Shown here: positions 48,876 to 62,133 of the stretch, in pieces
Numbering within the stretch: the first letter of the stretch is position 1
How the letters are laid out: each line of letters opens with the position of its first letter
DNA from: Podarcis muralis
Lineage: Eukaryota
NCBI RefSeq assembly: GCF_964188315.1
Contig: NC_135656.1
Coordinates: 107,198,001 to 107,262,000, forward strand
Reading direction: 5' to 3'
Length of the DNA: 64,000 nucleotides
The notes under the pieces: generated by a model
Told to the model about the DNA's origin: nothing
Database searches by the model: none
What the model saw: the letters and a program-made list of their open reading frames with translations, nothing else
Position numbers and translations under genes: made by a program

Positions 48876-49740
48876 GTAAGGGCTTTGGTCTCTTCCTGAC
48901 ACATTCTGGGGAGGCCCCAGGCAGACATGTTAGAAATTCCTGAAGGCTGGTGTGGTCATCCAAGAGGTGGGCATAAGTATAATTGTGGGCTGCATCTCTA
49001 CACTCACCCAACTTCAGATGTGGAGCTGCTATGTAAATACTTATAACACTTCTGGGAATCTTGTCATTAAAAGAGGAGTAGCAATTACGCACCCCTCTTG
49101 AAAAGTTTTGGGGGAGGGGTCACCAGTTTTTCTTCCACAAAATTTTGAGTATTTTGAGGTGCCTGCAACAGATTTTGGAGCCAAAAAGAATGGGGACGCT
49201 TTCTGTGCTCTCAGATTGGTGAAAGTGTAGAATGGCCTTGTAAATAAACCCACAACAGTTGCTATCCTGCTATTTTAGGGTTGTTCTTTTTACTTCTCTG
49301 CTAAGAGGCTGATAGGCTGCATTTCTGTGCTGACTGTGGATGAAGGATTGCCTTCTCTCCACCACTAGCAGTCTAGCATGGAAATCAAATGAACTGTTGG
49401 AAGAGGGGCCAGGTGTGTATGAATTGCTGCACCCCTCCTTCATCAGCTTGCTGTCTTGATGCCAGATATTGAGAAGATAAACCCACTCCTTAAGCAGCCA
49501 GCATAAGCATGCAGCAGGCTAACACAGGAGGGATGGAGCCACCTGTCCCTCAGCTTCTACCTTTCTCAGTTGCCTGTATGGAAGTCCCTACACATGCCTG
49601 TTTGGATTTCCTTGACACCTGTGGCTGCCAGGTGAGATATTAAATAGAAGGCTGTTGTAAAGAGTATTAGGAGGGACTTTTAAGCTTGCATTTTTGAGTT
49701 CTGTTCTCTGTTGTTCCTCATACGTTTGTTCTCTACACAG

Positions 49741-49841
49741 TTTTTGAGATGCGAATTGTGCATACATCCGTCACGTTCAACAGTGCAGAGTCCACCTCTT
49801 TGAAGACGGAGGATGAAGGAAGCGCGGTCAAGGGACCATTG
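49741..49841 (+). CDS. POLR1H: POLR1H coding exon 2
   Basis: cacag|..FEMRIVHTSVTFN..KGPL|gtaagt; phase 1 to phase 0, frame-consistent. Confidence 0.92.
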
Positions 49842-50393
49842 GTAAGTGGATGGGGAAATGAAAGTAGGTGTTATACTGGAATGATTCATTTGTCTGTAGC
49901 AAAGGCCTCCCAATATCTTTGTTCCTTTAACTCAAATGAGGTAGCTCAGAACTGGTGGGGTGGTATGCAAGGTGTTGTCAGGACAGTGTTGCTCTTCCAT
50001 GCCTGCAGGTACACTTGTTTACAGTGGACTATATAAAAGAGTACAGAATTTATAATTTGACCCTGCCAACATTAAACTTTTAGATGCACACTTTTAAAAT
50101 ATGAATTGAGGAGTGTGTGCACAATTTTCTCTTTGAGTTTTGGATTTTCAGTGTGGAACTTAAACAACAGCAACATACTTTGAATCCTGCCCATGAAATC
50201 TGGCTGACATGGTTCCCACATCAGGAAGAAAATGTTGGGGGCAGAATTGTAATTCCCAGATTTGCAATTTAGGTGCTGAGCATGGAATTTTAGAGGTCTT
50301 TATATTCTTTTTCTGAAGCGGGTTCTCTGAATGAAATTCCAAATGGGGAAACCCACCTCCCGGTCTGAATCTATCCTATGTTTCTCCTCTCAG

Positions 50394-50503
50394 ATTGACA
50401 GGAAGTGTCCCCAGTGCGGGAACGAGGGCATGGCATACCATACGCGGCAGATGAGGTCTGCGGATGAAGGGCAGACGGTCTTCTACACCTGCGTTCGATG
50501 CAA
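50394..50503 (+). CDS. POLR1H: POLR1H coding exon 3 (TFIIS-like zinc ribbon)
   Basis: [36 protein letters not shown]. Confidence 0.96.
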
Positions 50504-50794
50504 GTAAGGATAGGCTACTAACAGCTTGTTCATGCCTCTCTTGGACACCCTGTTCGCTTTGTCCATGCTTTGCAAAATATGTTTGTTTGTCCCCTATTGG
50601 ATTATTAGCACCATGAGCAACCCCATCCACCCCAACTGATTTGCCAAGAAACATGTGCTACAAACTTTTATTAAGATTGCATCATCCAGCCTGGTTTTGA
50701 GACAAAGAACTTGGGTTGCCTTGGTGAATAGTCTCCATTGGTTCTGCTGGGCTTTGCAGTAGGTTTCAACTCTTCTGAGCTGCCTACAAAGGCG

Positions 50795-51070
50795 AGGAAG
50801 TTGCCTTTTCCTGTGTCAGAACATTGGTTCATTTAGTTCAGTGTTGGCTACACCAGGTGTAAGGAACCCCCCCCCCCATCCATGGCCATTGACCACGCTT
50901 GCTAGGGCTGATGGGAATTGTAGTTCAGCAACGTATGGAGCACCCAAGGTTACCCACGCATGGTCTACATTGACTGGTGGCAGCGATCCAGTGTTTCAGA
51001 CAGGATATTTGCAGCCCTACCTGGAGAAGTCAGGGATTGAACCTGGACCTTCTCTCTGAGCTATGGCCCT
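50795..51070 (-). mobile_element. Squam2-like SINE, degenerate, with an internal hAT MITE
   Basis: Reverse complement resembles 54379-54575. Confidence 0.65.
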
Positions 51071-51545
51071 TCTGATTCAGCAGGTATCACTTTCCATTCA
51101 GCACCAGCTGGTCTGCAGTGACTGGCATCAGCTCCCCAGAGTCTTTCCCTACCCTACATAGATGTGCAGTGGGTTGAACCTAAGACCTTATGCATGCAGA
51201 ACAGTCATTCTTATCGCCATGCCACTGTCCTTCCCTAGGATGAATGCTGGAGATACCGCTTTATGATGGTTCTCATGTTTCTAGGAGAGTAGGTCTCATA
51301 AGATGGTATTGAGGGAAGATCTGCATACCTCCATGGCTGTTGCCTTTTGAGGGCCTGTGAGAATCCATCTCACCCCTGACTTTCCTCAGTACTGTAGCTA
51401 CATGGACACTACTGGGAGAGGTTGCTTAAGAGTTTTGGAGTGCAAAACTCCAAAACTCAAAGCTACATTCTCTTTGTCATCCAGTCACCGTTCTCTGTGA
51501 GTTGCTTCCGTTGGCAAGTTCCATTGGGGAATGGCCTTACAAATA

Positions 51546-51762
51546 CAGTGGTACCACGGGTTAAGAACTTAATTCGTTCTGGAGGTCCGTTCTTAACCTG
51601 AAGCACCACTTTAGCTAATAGGGCCTCCTGCTGCCGCCACTGCGCAATTTCTGTTCTCATCCTGAAGCAAAGTTCTTAACCCGAGGTACTATTTCTGGGT
51701 TAGCGGAGTCTGTAACCTGAAGCATCTGTAACCTGAAGTGTATGTAACCTGAGGTACCACTG
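51546..51762. mobile_element. Tigger-like MITE (POLR1H last intron)
   Basis: TIRs and TA TSD. Confidence 0.9.
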
Positions 51763-51790
51763 TACATATGTATTTGTTTTTCACTTCCAG

Positions 51791-51815
51791 GTTCCAGGAA
51801 AAGGAAGATTCTTGA
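51791..51815 (+). CDS. POLR1H: POLR1H last coding exon (K)FQEKEDS*; total CDS 366 nt, 121 aa
   Basis: ttccag|G TTC CAG GAA AAG GAA GAT TCT TGA; AATAAA at 51993. Confidence 0.95.
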
Positions 51816-52289
51816 TCGGCTTTACCCAAATGTGTGGGGGACACTGTGTCTGAGGAACGTCACTTACGAGGGTCATTTTTGTCTAGTTACTATGGCCATG
51901 GAGTCCTTTTTGGGTTCCATGGAAACATTCTGTTACTTGAGATGGGGGATTTCGTGCATAGTGCCTGTAGCTCCCCTTGTAACTCTACGCAGAATAAAGC
52001 ACTTTATGGTTTTCTTTGCATATGCATCCTATTGTTGGTTTGGTGGTCAATGAGGGAGAGGGGGCTGGGTCCTCATGTGGATTATTTTCTGCCTTCTGTA
52101 CTTTAACTAACTTTTCAGAATACTCTTGGTATTTTATTGGAAACGACCCAGATAGGTGGGGTATAAGAATTAATATTATTATTATTACTACTACTACTAC
52201 TAATCAAAATCAAAGTGGTGAAGAGCGGCTTTCCCTCATTGAAAGTTTTCTTCCTGGTTATCATGATTCACATCAGCAGATTGTTACTG

Positions 52290-52830
52290 AAAGCGCAGAA
52301 GCAATGGGCTGCATCTATCGTCTTTTCAGCAGATTCCCAGCCTTTGTCACACTTCATTGCAACCGAGGAAACAGAAGTCAAGGCAGGGTTCTGAAGATGG
52401 AAGTTATCAGGCTACTCTCTGCGCTCCTCCCAGTGGTCATTTCTCCTCTGATCACTTCTACGGGTACACAACCTGCCTGTCTCCAGGTGCTGTGGTCCTT
52501 CACAAGCGGTTCCCACAGGCCAGGTTTGATGTTGCCAGCCTTCAAGCCACAACTGCAGACATATCTGTAGCGCAGAGTTGGTTTGCCGATGGGCCTGGTG
52601 CCCAAAGCCAGCTCCTCGTGGAGCACATCCTTAGGGATCGTGCCATCTTCCATTCTGTGGACATGGCCGAGCCAGCATAGATGTTGGTTGCCGAGACAGG
52701 AGATCATGCTGGGAGTTTGGGAGAGCACATCTTTGCCAGAGACTATGCGATGCCCAAAATCTTCCTGATGCAGCGCATGTGGAAGGTGGCGATTCCTAAT
52801 GCAGCTATTACAGAGATGTCTTCAAAGCGT
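52290..52830 (-). mobile_element. RTE-clade LINE 3' fragment
   Basis: LCWLGHVHRMEDGTIPKDVL..LALGTRPIGKPTLRY. Confidence 0.82.
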
Positions 52831-52834
52831 GCCT

Positions 52835-52835
<1 letters not shown>

Positions 52836-52885
<50 letters not shown>

Positions 52886-52945
52886 TCATTTATACCCCAC
52901 CCATTTGGCTGGGTTTCCCCAGCCACTCTGGGCGGCTCCCAACAA
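52836..52945 (-). mobile_element. L2-type 3' end with (AAT)n tail
   Basis: Same terminus as 20443-20610. Confidence 0.75.
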
Positions 52946-53049
52946 AGTATTAAAAATAATGCCTGGCAAAAGCGGGAAGCCAATGCCGAACGACTTTTGC
53001 GACCACACAAGCGCAAGCAGACTTTACTGAGCAAAGGGCAAGCCTCTCT

Positions 53050-53435
53050 CAAACAACGCGAGCCTTCTTTTACTACGCGCGCCGGTGCCTCCTGTTGGTT
53101 TTTTTGTTTTGTTCCTCCTCCTGCCGCGTACGGCGGAAATGACTCTGGGGCCCAGCCGGGGGACCGCTTAACGCGACGGACTCCTGAGCGGAAGTAGGAA
53201 GTGGCGGGGCCGGAAGTCGGCAGAGGGAGAGGCTGCTGCACCTGCAGGAGGAGGAGGAGGAGGAGGAAGGGAAAGAGCGAAAGAGGGAGAGGAGCTGCGG
53301 CGCGTCCGGACAGCTGCCGGCAGGTTCCCCCCGAGGCTGCGAAAGCTCCGGGCGAGGTTTGGCTCCGGACCCCTCCGAATCCCCGTCCCCCCTGCAACTG
53401 GCGCCACGGCGGACAGGGCCGCAGGCAGCCACGCC
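53050..53435 (+). promoter_or_regulatory. PPP1R11: PPP1R11 CpG-island promoter and 5' UTR
   Basis: CpG-dense; tandem ETS/GABP-type CGGAAGT sites and a GC box at ~53188-53220; Kozak gccATGG. Confidence 0.75.
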
Positions 53436-53501
53436 ATGGCGGAGTCCACGGCCGCCGTGGGAGCCTCTTCGACGGTCACCGAGACGGAGGTGACGGAGCC
53501 G
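53436..53501 (+). CDS. PPP1R11: PPP1R11 (PP1 inhibitor-3) exon 1
   Basis: MAESTAAVGASSTVTETEVTEP|gtgagg. Confidence 0.9.
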
Positions 53502-54378
53502 GTGAGGACGGGGAGCCGAGGGAGCGGCCGGGCGAAGGGGGGTGGGGAGCGGGAGGGGGGCTGCGTTCGGCACCATGGCAACCGCGGTGATGGAGGGGGG
53601 TAGAGGAGGAGGAGCAGCGCCCCCGGTATCTGGGTCTGGGTCCCCCTCGGTTGCTGTAGCAACCGCGAATGCCTGTGAAACGGGGGTGAGGCAGATTCAC
53701 GGAGGGAGTCAGGTGCATCTGTGGGCGTTCGTCATGACTAGAGGTGGGATGCTCCTTTGAGCGTGCGAGGGTGGGGCATCCAAAGGCTTTGCGCTTTCCC
53801 TTTCATCCTCATGGCCAGCCCTGTCAAGTCAAGTACGGCTGGGAGGCCCAAGGTCACGCCGTGAGCTTTGGTGGAAGTGGGGGTTTGAGCCGGCATGCTC
53901 CTAGTTTTATCGCTCCTAAGCTACTGCACCATGTCGACTCTCCTGTGCAAGAAGGATGGCTGCCGCTGCTGCAGGTTTGTGTGAGTCAGCCAGCCTGCTT
54001 TTTGCAGAAGTGAAGCCTTTGGCAGCCGGCGTGATGGCCGTGTCTACCGCTATAATGCATTAGAATACCAGTTGCTGGGTGTCACAGTCAAGGTTTTGTG
54101 AGCTGGAGAGGGAGCCTCCACAACTTGACCCAGTATTGCACGGTTGTTTTTCATGATGGGCCACATAGAAAAGAATAGATTGCTAAACCACTCAGGTCTC
54201 CGGGTCCGCCACCATTATCAGTTGTTTTCTCATTCCCATCAGCCTTGCTTGACCCATCTCCTGTGCATTTGCAATGGCAGCAGTATCCAAATATATTCAG
54301 TGCAGTTAATAAGCAAAGTGATTTAGGCTGCGAAGGCAACAGCAAATGGATAAGCGGAAGGTGCTTAAGTGGATAAGT

Positions 54379-54575
54379 GGGGACAGGCTGTAGCTCAGTG
54401 GTAGAGCATCAGCTTTGCATACAAAAGGTCCCAGATTCAATCCCTGGCATGACCAGATAGGACTGGAGTAATAACCCTGTCTGAAGCCCCAGAGAGCTGC
54501 TGCCAGTCAGTGCAGATGGTATTGAGCTAGATGGACCAATGGTCTGACTTGTGATAAGGCAGCTCCCTCTGTTCC
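54379..54575 (+). mobile_element. Squam2-like tRNA-derived SINE
   Basis: Head TAGCTCAGTGGTAGAGC..GATTCAATCCC followed by SINE body gagctagatggaccaatggtctgac. Confidence 0.8.
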
Positions 54576-54699
54576 AGCTACAGTAAGAAAGAATCAAAAG
54601 TGCTTTTATAGCTACTTGGTTGTAAGCACTGTGACAGCTTGGTTCAGAGGAAGGCAGCATGGATAGTTAGCAGTACTGAAAGACTGGGAGTTGGGAAAG

Positions 54700-54985
54700 C
54701 GTGGTAGCATTCTTCCAAGTACCTGAAGGGCTGTCACACAGAAGATGTCAAAGGCTTGTTCTCTGATTCCCTAGACGGCAGAGCTAGATCTAATGGTTTT
54801 GTTACAGATTTTCATTAAACGTTAGGAGAAACAATAGGAGAGCAGTTCAGCTGTGGAGCCAATTGTCTATGTCGTGATGGGTACTCTCTATCTCAGAAAG
54901 TAAACAGCTCTGTATATTCTGTATTAAGCAAGGGGTTGGGCTGGACTGCCTGCAAGGTTTGCTCCAGCTTTAATTCTATGGAACA
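54700..54985 (+). mobile_element. Old CR1 3' fragment
   Basis: KYLKGCH..D...LFS-like remnant and CR1-like terminus. Confidence 0.6.
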
Positions 54986-56597
54986 GTTTAGAAAAGCTAA
55001 GTAGGCCACAATGCAAAGCCCACTGAATCTGCTGGGTATCAGAGTCAGTTTTCACAGATTTTGGAAAACAAACCAGCAGTAGAAGGGAGACTGGCAACCT
55101 AAGGAGTGGAATGAAAGCAAGGAAGATTCAGAGGGATTAAATAAAACAAATTTTAAATTTCAGCACAAAGCAAGCAGGTTGATAAACAATTGCTTGCCCC
55201 ACTATGTGTAGATCCTGTGTGGCATTGTGGTCTTCCTTCCCATTGTTTCTAAAATATTCCCAGCTGTTGATGGAATATTTATTGCATGCCCATAATTGCT
55301 TAGCTGGTGACCTCCTTCGTCCAGTCTTCTGCCATCTGCCTAGTTCAAGAAGTAGTAGCTCTCGCTCTCTCTCTCTTTCCTGACAAGCTCCATCCACTCT
55401 GTACTATGGTGCCATCATACCCCACAACAATGTGAGTGCAGCCACTACAATGTCTGCTTCAGCCTACTCCACCTACCTCTATCAGGAAATTTCACAGACT
55501 TGTAAAAATGGAACAAAAATGCAGAGCCAGTTTATGGGTTTGGTACAAGTTCTTTTTCCTTCTCACCAGAGCAGAAGTGAGAGCTGTCCATAGGAATCAA
55601 TGAAGAAATTCAGGATTTTAGCTTACCTGTGATTGGACGTTTGTGTGTTTCTTTACCTCTTGCTGCCCCTCCGAAAGATGGCAGCAAAGACACAGTACAG
55701 TGGATTTGCCAATACTGTAAAAGTAATGGATTCATCCTTTAACACTCCTTAATAAAAGCACTGAACTTGATATATGCTGACAATGCAGCGTGAGACACAA
55801 ATTAAGATAGGGAGCATTCCTAACATTTTCAAAATTCAGAATCATGGCTGATTTTGAAAGTAGTTGGGGATTATAAATGGGTTCTGCAGATCTGACTGGC
55901 ATTTCCTTTACAGCAAAGTGTCAGTAGTTGCCCTTGGCTTTCACCTGTTTCATGGCAAATCTTACTACTGGTCTTCAGGGTGCTGCAAGACTATTGCTTT
56001 TGCTACAACGAACTGGCATGGCTGTTCTTTTGAAAATGGTTACATATAAATATACTGAAATGTCATGTGCTGCTTTACAGTACTGTACTGCTGCATGTTA
56101 AATTGCTGGCTGGCTGGTGCTTTTTACGGTGGTGCAAAGAAAATGCAAATCTGATCCCTAGAACCTGAGATCATATTACTTATAGCTGCAGTTAAATCTT
56201 GGGTTTCTCAATTGATTTCTTTGGGCAGCCTCCCATTTCTGCCCCAGGGGATATTTAAAAATGGCTGGAAGCAGTCTGCACAGGCAGTCAGGCACGCCTC
56301 TGCAGGCCTTTTTCTTATTTCTGTGGGAAGGCCTGTGACATGAGGATATTGTCATATTGGCTTGATGAGAGGAGGAGGAGGAACCGCTAAGGCTTCAGAA
56401 TCCTCTGCAATTGTACATGGATTTACTATTGGCAGAGGCCAAGAGTTCCTAGGCAGACATGCCGATGCGGAAAGCGTTCCTGGAGGACTCGAGTTTTTGA
56501 CAATCAGGTACTCGTGTATTGAATGGGGGAATCGGCATACCATTTTCTGTTACGCATGAGACGATCTTCTCCCTGTTTCTCACCATTACGTTCACAG

Positions 56598-56706
56598 GAG
56601 AATCGCAGCCTCACCATCAAACTGAGGAAACGGAAACCGGCCAAGAAAGTGGAATGGTCAAGTGACACGGTGGACAATGAGCACTTGGGACGCAGATCTT
56701 CCAAAT
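56598..56706 (+). CDS. PPP1R11: PPP1R11 exon 2 (PP1-binding KKVEW motif)
   Basis: cacag|[36 protein letters not shown]|gtgagc. Confidence 0.97.
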
Positions 56707-56761
56707 GTGAGCCACGCTTCCACCTATCTCGGCTACTTTGAGAGACCGACTCCTCACTATA

Positions 56762-56992
56762 CAGTGGTACCTCGAGTTACAAACGCCTCAGGTTACAAAC
56801 GCTTCAGGTTACAAACTCCGCTAACCTGGAAGAGTTACCTCGAGTTGAGAACTTTGCCTCAGGATGAGAACGGATATTGTGGCAGCGGCAGCAAGAGGCC
56901 CCATTAGCGAAAGCACGCCTCTAGTTAAGAACAGTTTCAGGTTAAGAATGGACCTCCGGAACAAATTAAGTTCGTAACTAGAGGTACCACTG
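56762..56992. mobile_element. Tigger-like MITE, 55 bp downstream of the PPP1R11 exon 2 donor
   Basis: TIRs and TA TSD. Confidence 0.9.
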
Positions 56993-58140
56993 TATTCTCA
57001 TTGTATCCCCAGAGGGTCGTCCCCCCCCCCCATGAACCCATCTCCCTGGTTCTGTGGTGAGATTACGGAGTCTGCTAGCCAAGTTTCTGTCATGCTGCCT
57101 TTTGTTCCCGGCATTCACCAGCACTTGTCCCCCAGCTGCCATCATTTCTTATGTCCTTTGGTGTGCACAGCAGCACAGTGTGGCATGTAAACTTAGTAAC
57201 CTGGAACAGCCGGGAAGCTGGGTGCCCAATGCTCCCAATCCAATAGGCTCAGCAAGCCAGATGTCGTTTGTGGACCACCTGTTGAGGGATGTATTTGGCT
57301 AGTTTAGCCACCATCTTATGATTGTTGTTCCATTTTTATTCTGTACTTTCCCAAAGCATCTAGGATAGTGTATATGGTTCCTCTCTTTCCCCCATCCTTC
57401 TAAAACCTGGCCACACCCATTTAATTCTTTTATCCTTACAAACAGCTTTGTGAGGTAGGTTAGTCTGAGAGTCGGTAATAGGCCTGAGACAAAGATTCAT
57501 GGCCAAGTTCTGATCTGAGCCCAGATTTCCTCGGTCCCAGTCCATCACTCTCAGCTTCGCTATTAGCTCTCAACTTTATAGCAATTGTGGTAGTAGAAAT
57601 GCTTTGGGGGGGTGTTATTTGTCTGCTGGTGTTTGGGAGCAGTTTTGCACAGGGATGACCAGCTGATGGTTCTAGGCAAGATCTGAGGCTGGGGCAACTT
57701 TATTCCCTCCCTCACTTTATTCTAGCTCTCTTTCCACCCCATATCCACTGGCAGCTCTCCCTAATTTTAATCAAGGTGTCTAAAGGTTTTCCCACTGGAA
57801 AAGGGAAGCAAAAGCTTTAAGAAGCAAAATATGCCATATCTCAATGCACTGACATGTATATATGCATAGATGTTTGTATTTGCTGCCAAGTCTGCGAAGC
57901 CCTTTCTGCTAGATGCGCCAGCTCTACTATAGCACCTGTCTACTCACGAGGGGTTGCTTTTGATTGGCAAGACACCCTTCTGGCCCTGACACTACTGTCT
58001 GGAGGGCTGCATGGACCATGAGAAGACCACAGTTCGTCATCCCTGGTCTACTGTATTGGAATGGCAGTATCAGTTGTGATTTATGTGTGAGGAGGCCTGT
58101 AGACTAGTGCAGATGAGATTTAAAATCCCTGGTATGTTTA

Positions 58141-58495
58141 GGTAAAGGGTAAAGGGGCCCCTGACCATTAGATCCACTCGTGGCTGACTCTGGGGTTGCA
58201 GCGCTCATCTCGCTTTATTGGCCGAGGGAGCCGGCGTACAGCTTCCGGGTCATGTGGCCAGCATGACTAAGCTGCTTCTGGCGAACCAGAGCAGCGCACG
58301 GAAACGCCGTTTACCTTCCCGCCAGAGCGGTACCTATTTATCTACTTGCACTTTGACGTGCTTTCGAACTGCTAGGTTGGCAGGAGCAGGGACCGAGCAA
58401 CGGGAGCTCACCCCGTCGCGGGGATTCAAACCGCCGACCTTCTGGTCAGTAAGTCCTAGGCTCTGTGGTTTAGACCACAGCGCCACCTGCGTCCC
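58141..58495 (-). mobile_element. Full-length Sauria SINE
   Basis: TSD TGGTATGTTTA on both sides; ACCTTT-type tail. Confidence 0.95.
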
Positions 58496-58855
58496 TGGTA
58501 TGTTTACTTGTGGGTAAACTCCTGTGTGATTTTGTATCCCGGCCCAGCCACAAAAATCTCATCCCACATTAGCCAGCATCCCCTGAAAATGGCTGATTGC
58601 CGTCTTCTAATAATATGCTTATTGAATATGACTCAGCAATAGGCTCGTGGGTGGCCACTTTGAGAACAGGATGCCAGGCTAGAGGGGCCTTTGTTCCGTA
58701 GGAGCAGAGCTCCTCTTACCTTCCCATGACAGAGCTTGGATTGGAAGTGATACGCATTGGAGAACAAAGGCTGCTTACACCATGCTGGACAGAGATGTTC
58801 CTGCTGTGGTTGGCAGCCAGTTGCCAGCAGGAATCCCAGAGGCTCAGCGCTTCTA

Positions 58856-59064
58856 CAGTGGTACCTCTGGTTACGTACTTAATTCGTTCTGGAGGTCCGT
58901 TCTTAACCTGAAGCACCACTTTAGCTAATGGGGCCTCCTGCTGCTGCTGCGCCGCCGGAGCACGATTTCTATTCTCATCCTGAAGCAGAGTTCTTAACCC
59001 GAGGTACTATTTCTGGGTTAGCGGAGTCTGTAACCTGAAGCGTATGTAACCCGAGGTACCACTG
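58856..59064. mobile_element. Tigger-like MITE
   Basis: TIRs and TA TSD. Confidence 0.9.
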
Positions 59065-60538
59065 TATCTAGATGCTTGAAGGGAGCACGTCAAGTGATAG
59101 CTGCAAAGGGATAAGGGGAAGAATTGCTACCTTAGCAGTGCCTGGATTGATTGGAACAGAGCGCGGTGGCAGGAGGAGGCCACGGAGAATAAAACTGCAT
59201 CGCAGTACCTGCCAGATTTTCCAGGGCACAAGCTGTGTGCAGTCATTAGGGGCAAACATTATACACTCAAGAGTGCATGAAACAACAATGTAATGAAGTG
59301 TTAGAGGGAAGGAACCAGCCTATAGACTGAGAAGTGAGGGGTAATACAGACAGGTGGAGAAAAGGTGTGTTTGTGTGTGTATGGTGCTGGGCATTTGTTC
59401 TTGATCTTGCCATTCTTATGCTTGAATGTCAGTTGTGGGCCGAATCCAGTGCTCTCCTGTGCACGGATGTAAGGGATGCGCCACTTTGATCCAGTTTCAG
59501 TCAACAGAATGGGGTTGGAGACCATTTTTGCTGGTTCCTCCTCTTTCCTCATCCCCTCTCTAGTGCCCCCCAGAACAGAATCTGCTCCAGATGGTTTGGG
59601 GATCCTTCAGCACCGCATGGGAGGTTGCTGAAGGCAGCAGAAGGGGGGGATCACTAACAATGGCCTCCCTTCCCATTCACCTGACGGGAGCCTCCGCTGG
59701 GTCAGAGAGACTTCCGTCACTGCAAGGAATGTTGCTGGACACTGCTTAACAGATTTTATAAGGAAGAGGTGAAGGTGGAGGTAGAAAGCTTTCAGGCTGC
59801 TTGACTCAGCTATAGCCTTCCTTCCTGGGGGGATACCTCCGGCTGCAGTAGGCCTTATGCTAGGAGAGAATCCTTCCTTCCTTCCTCTGTCTTCACATGC
59901 GAGGAGTGGAGAAGCATGACAGGAGGTTTTCTCATCCTTTTGGCCTCTGCTTTCCACTGGCTCCCTGGCCACACCTGAGAGAGAGAGTTGAATTGCTCGC
60001 TCTGACAACGCAGGTTCAATACCTGCAGCCGACATTGCACAGCAGATAAATCTTCTGAGTCTGTCTGAAAGATGTCCACGTGGGTGAATTACTGGTAGAT
60101 GAGAGGGTTTGCTCCTTTGCTCCCAAAGGATATTGGTCATTGGCAGGCTGTTGTCTGATTCACTCTCCCTTCTCCCTCTGCCCCTCTTTTCCTTCCCTCC
60201 TTATGCCTTTCCCTTTACGCTCTTCTCCCTAATGCTCTGCTACCCTGTAATTGCTGTTTCCTCTCTTCCATCATGTTGCACCTCTTCTTTTTCCTCTCCT
60301 CCTACATATTCTTTTCCCTCCTGCTTAATGATTCTCCTCCATCCCATTTTACCACCCTGTCTCTTCTTAAACCCCACCCTTCTTTCCACATCATGATCCT
60401 CCACACACTGGATGATGACCCATATTCTTAAACCTTCCCTCCCTCCCTCCCTCCCTCCCTCCCTCCCTCTCTCTCCCATCTTCCTTACCTTGACGTCTCT
60501 CACCATCTCGCTTCTGAACGCTCTCTGTCCCGACGCAG

Positions 60539-60759
60539 GCTGCTGCATCTACGAGAAGCCGCGGGCGTTTGGCGAGAGCTCCACAGAGAGCGAAGATGAG
60601 GACGACGAAGGTTGCGGCAACGCCCACTGCATCCGGGGCCACAAGAAAGGCCAGCACGGGAAGGGGCGGGGCAAAGCGGGAGACCCCAGCCCGTCGGAGA
60701 GCAGCCCCCAGAAGTCGGAGCCACCTGACCAGAACCACGCCGGGGCGATGCAGCACTGA
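60539..60759 (+). CDS. PPP1R11: PPP1R11 exon 3; total CDS 396 nt, 131 aa
   Basis: gcag|[35 protein letters not shown]...GAMQH*; ATTAAA at 61118. Confidence 0.96.
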
Positions 60760-61674
60760 ACCCCTCCCTGCCACGGGGCGGGGGAGGGGAGCCCCAGCTT
60801 CCGCCCCAAACAGGGACTGACGCTGCCCCAACTCAGGGGCAAGGGGGAGGGAGGGGAGGGCCCGCACAATCAGCTACCAGCCGGCGCTGGTGCTGCCTCG
60901 GTCCCAGGGCGAGGGGAGGGGGAGGAGAGGGGAGGGCACATGCATCCAGCTCCCCACCTGCCTTGTGCCAGAGCTGCTACTGTTGTCTATCTGTCCATCC
61001 GTGGCTGGTGAGTCCGTCTGGTGACACCCATCCTCACTCCACCCAACGTGGAATGTAGAGAGAGAAAGAGAGCGCCCGCTGGGTTTCTTGGCTGAATTTC
61101 TGCCCCCATGCTTCTTCATTAAATATTTGCATCAGTGATAAACAAGGTGGGAAACGGGTGCTGCTTCAGAAACGGGCAGTGATGGAGCTGTGCCCGAGCT
61201 CCTGTCGGACATGCATGCCCTCTCGCTCCCTGTTCCCGGCTTTGAGTACCCCTCCGTTTTCTGCCTGTACACCTCCTCCCCTTGTCCTTCCCCAGCAGTT
61301 TCCTTCCCTAATCAGCCCAGTTCTAACCCTCAATGATGTTCATTCTCTCTCACTCTCACCCTGCCCTCTCTGATTGTCCCACCCCCACTTCTCCTTTCCC
61401 ACCCCCCGTACCCCACTCTTGGCCTCCCCACCCCTGCAGGGCCACTGCTTCTGACACACAGCTGCCTCGAGGGTGCAGCTGAGGGGTTACCCCACCGTCC
61501 TAAACTTTTCCAGGAGCCCTCGGTTCCTCCTCCGCACTGCTACAACAACTGTGATTGGTTGTCTTCAGTTGTGTCTTTCTAAGAGGGCACCTTTCCCTTC
61601 CACGGTTCCTTTTTTAAAAAAAACAAAACCCAACAATGCTTCTTTTTCATTATGTTATGGAAGGCTGTGATATA

Positions 61675-61993
61675 CAGTGGTGCCCTGCAAGACGAATGCC
61701 TCGCAAGACGAAAAACCCGCTAGACGAAAGGGTTTTCCGTTTTTGAGTTGCTTCGCAAGATGAATTTCCCTATGGGCTTGCTTTGCAAGACGAAAACGTC
61801 TTGCGAGTCTTGCAATTTTTTTTGCTCCCCCCCCTTTTTCTAAGCCGCTAATAGCCTTTTAGCCGCTAAGCCGCTAAGCCTTTAATAGCCGCAATAGCGC
61901 TAAGCCGCTAATAGGCTTGCTTCGCAAGACGAAAAAACCGCTAGACAAAGAGACTCGCGGAACGGATTATTTTTGTCTTGCGAGGCACCACTG
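61675..61993. mobile_element. Tc1/mariner-type MITE, second subfamily
   Basis: CAGTGGTGCC...GGCACCACTG TIRs, TA TSD, internal GCAAGACG and TAAGCCGC repeats. Confidence 0.88.
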
Positions 61994-62133
61994 TATTTTC
62001 TTTAAGTGGGGCTGGGGAGAAAAGGAAGGAAATCAGGGTGGGTGCACCTAACTCATGAGGTGATGGGTGGGGGTTTAGAAACTGGTGCTGGAGTTGGGGA
62101 AGATTTGTTGTGGACGTGGAAGGCGACTGAGAA

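Noticed and set aside
52799-53760. Long overlapping GC-rich ORFs on both strands
   Set aside because: Stop-poor CpG island and AAT repeat; only 53436-53501 fits PPP1R11 with splice signals
54386-54450. tRNA-like sequence (also heads at 12248, 29257, 39133, 58495)
   Set aside because: Each continues into a SINE body with a tail or TSD, and the stems are imperfect; these are SINE heads, not tRNA genes
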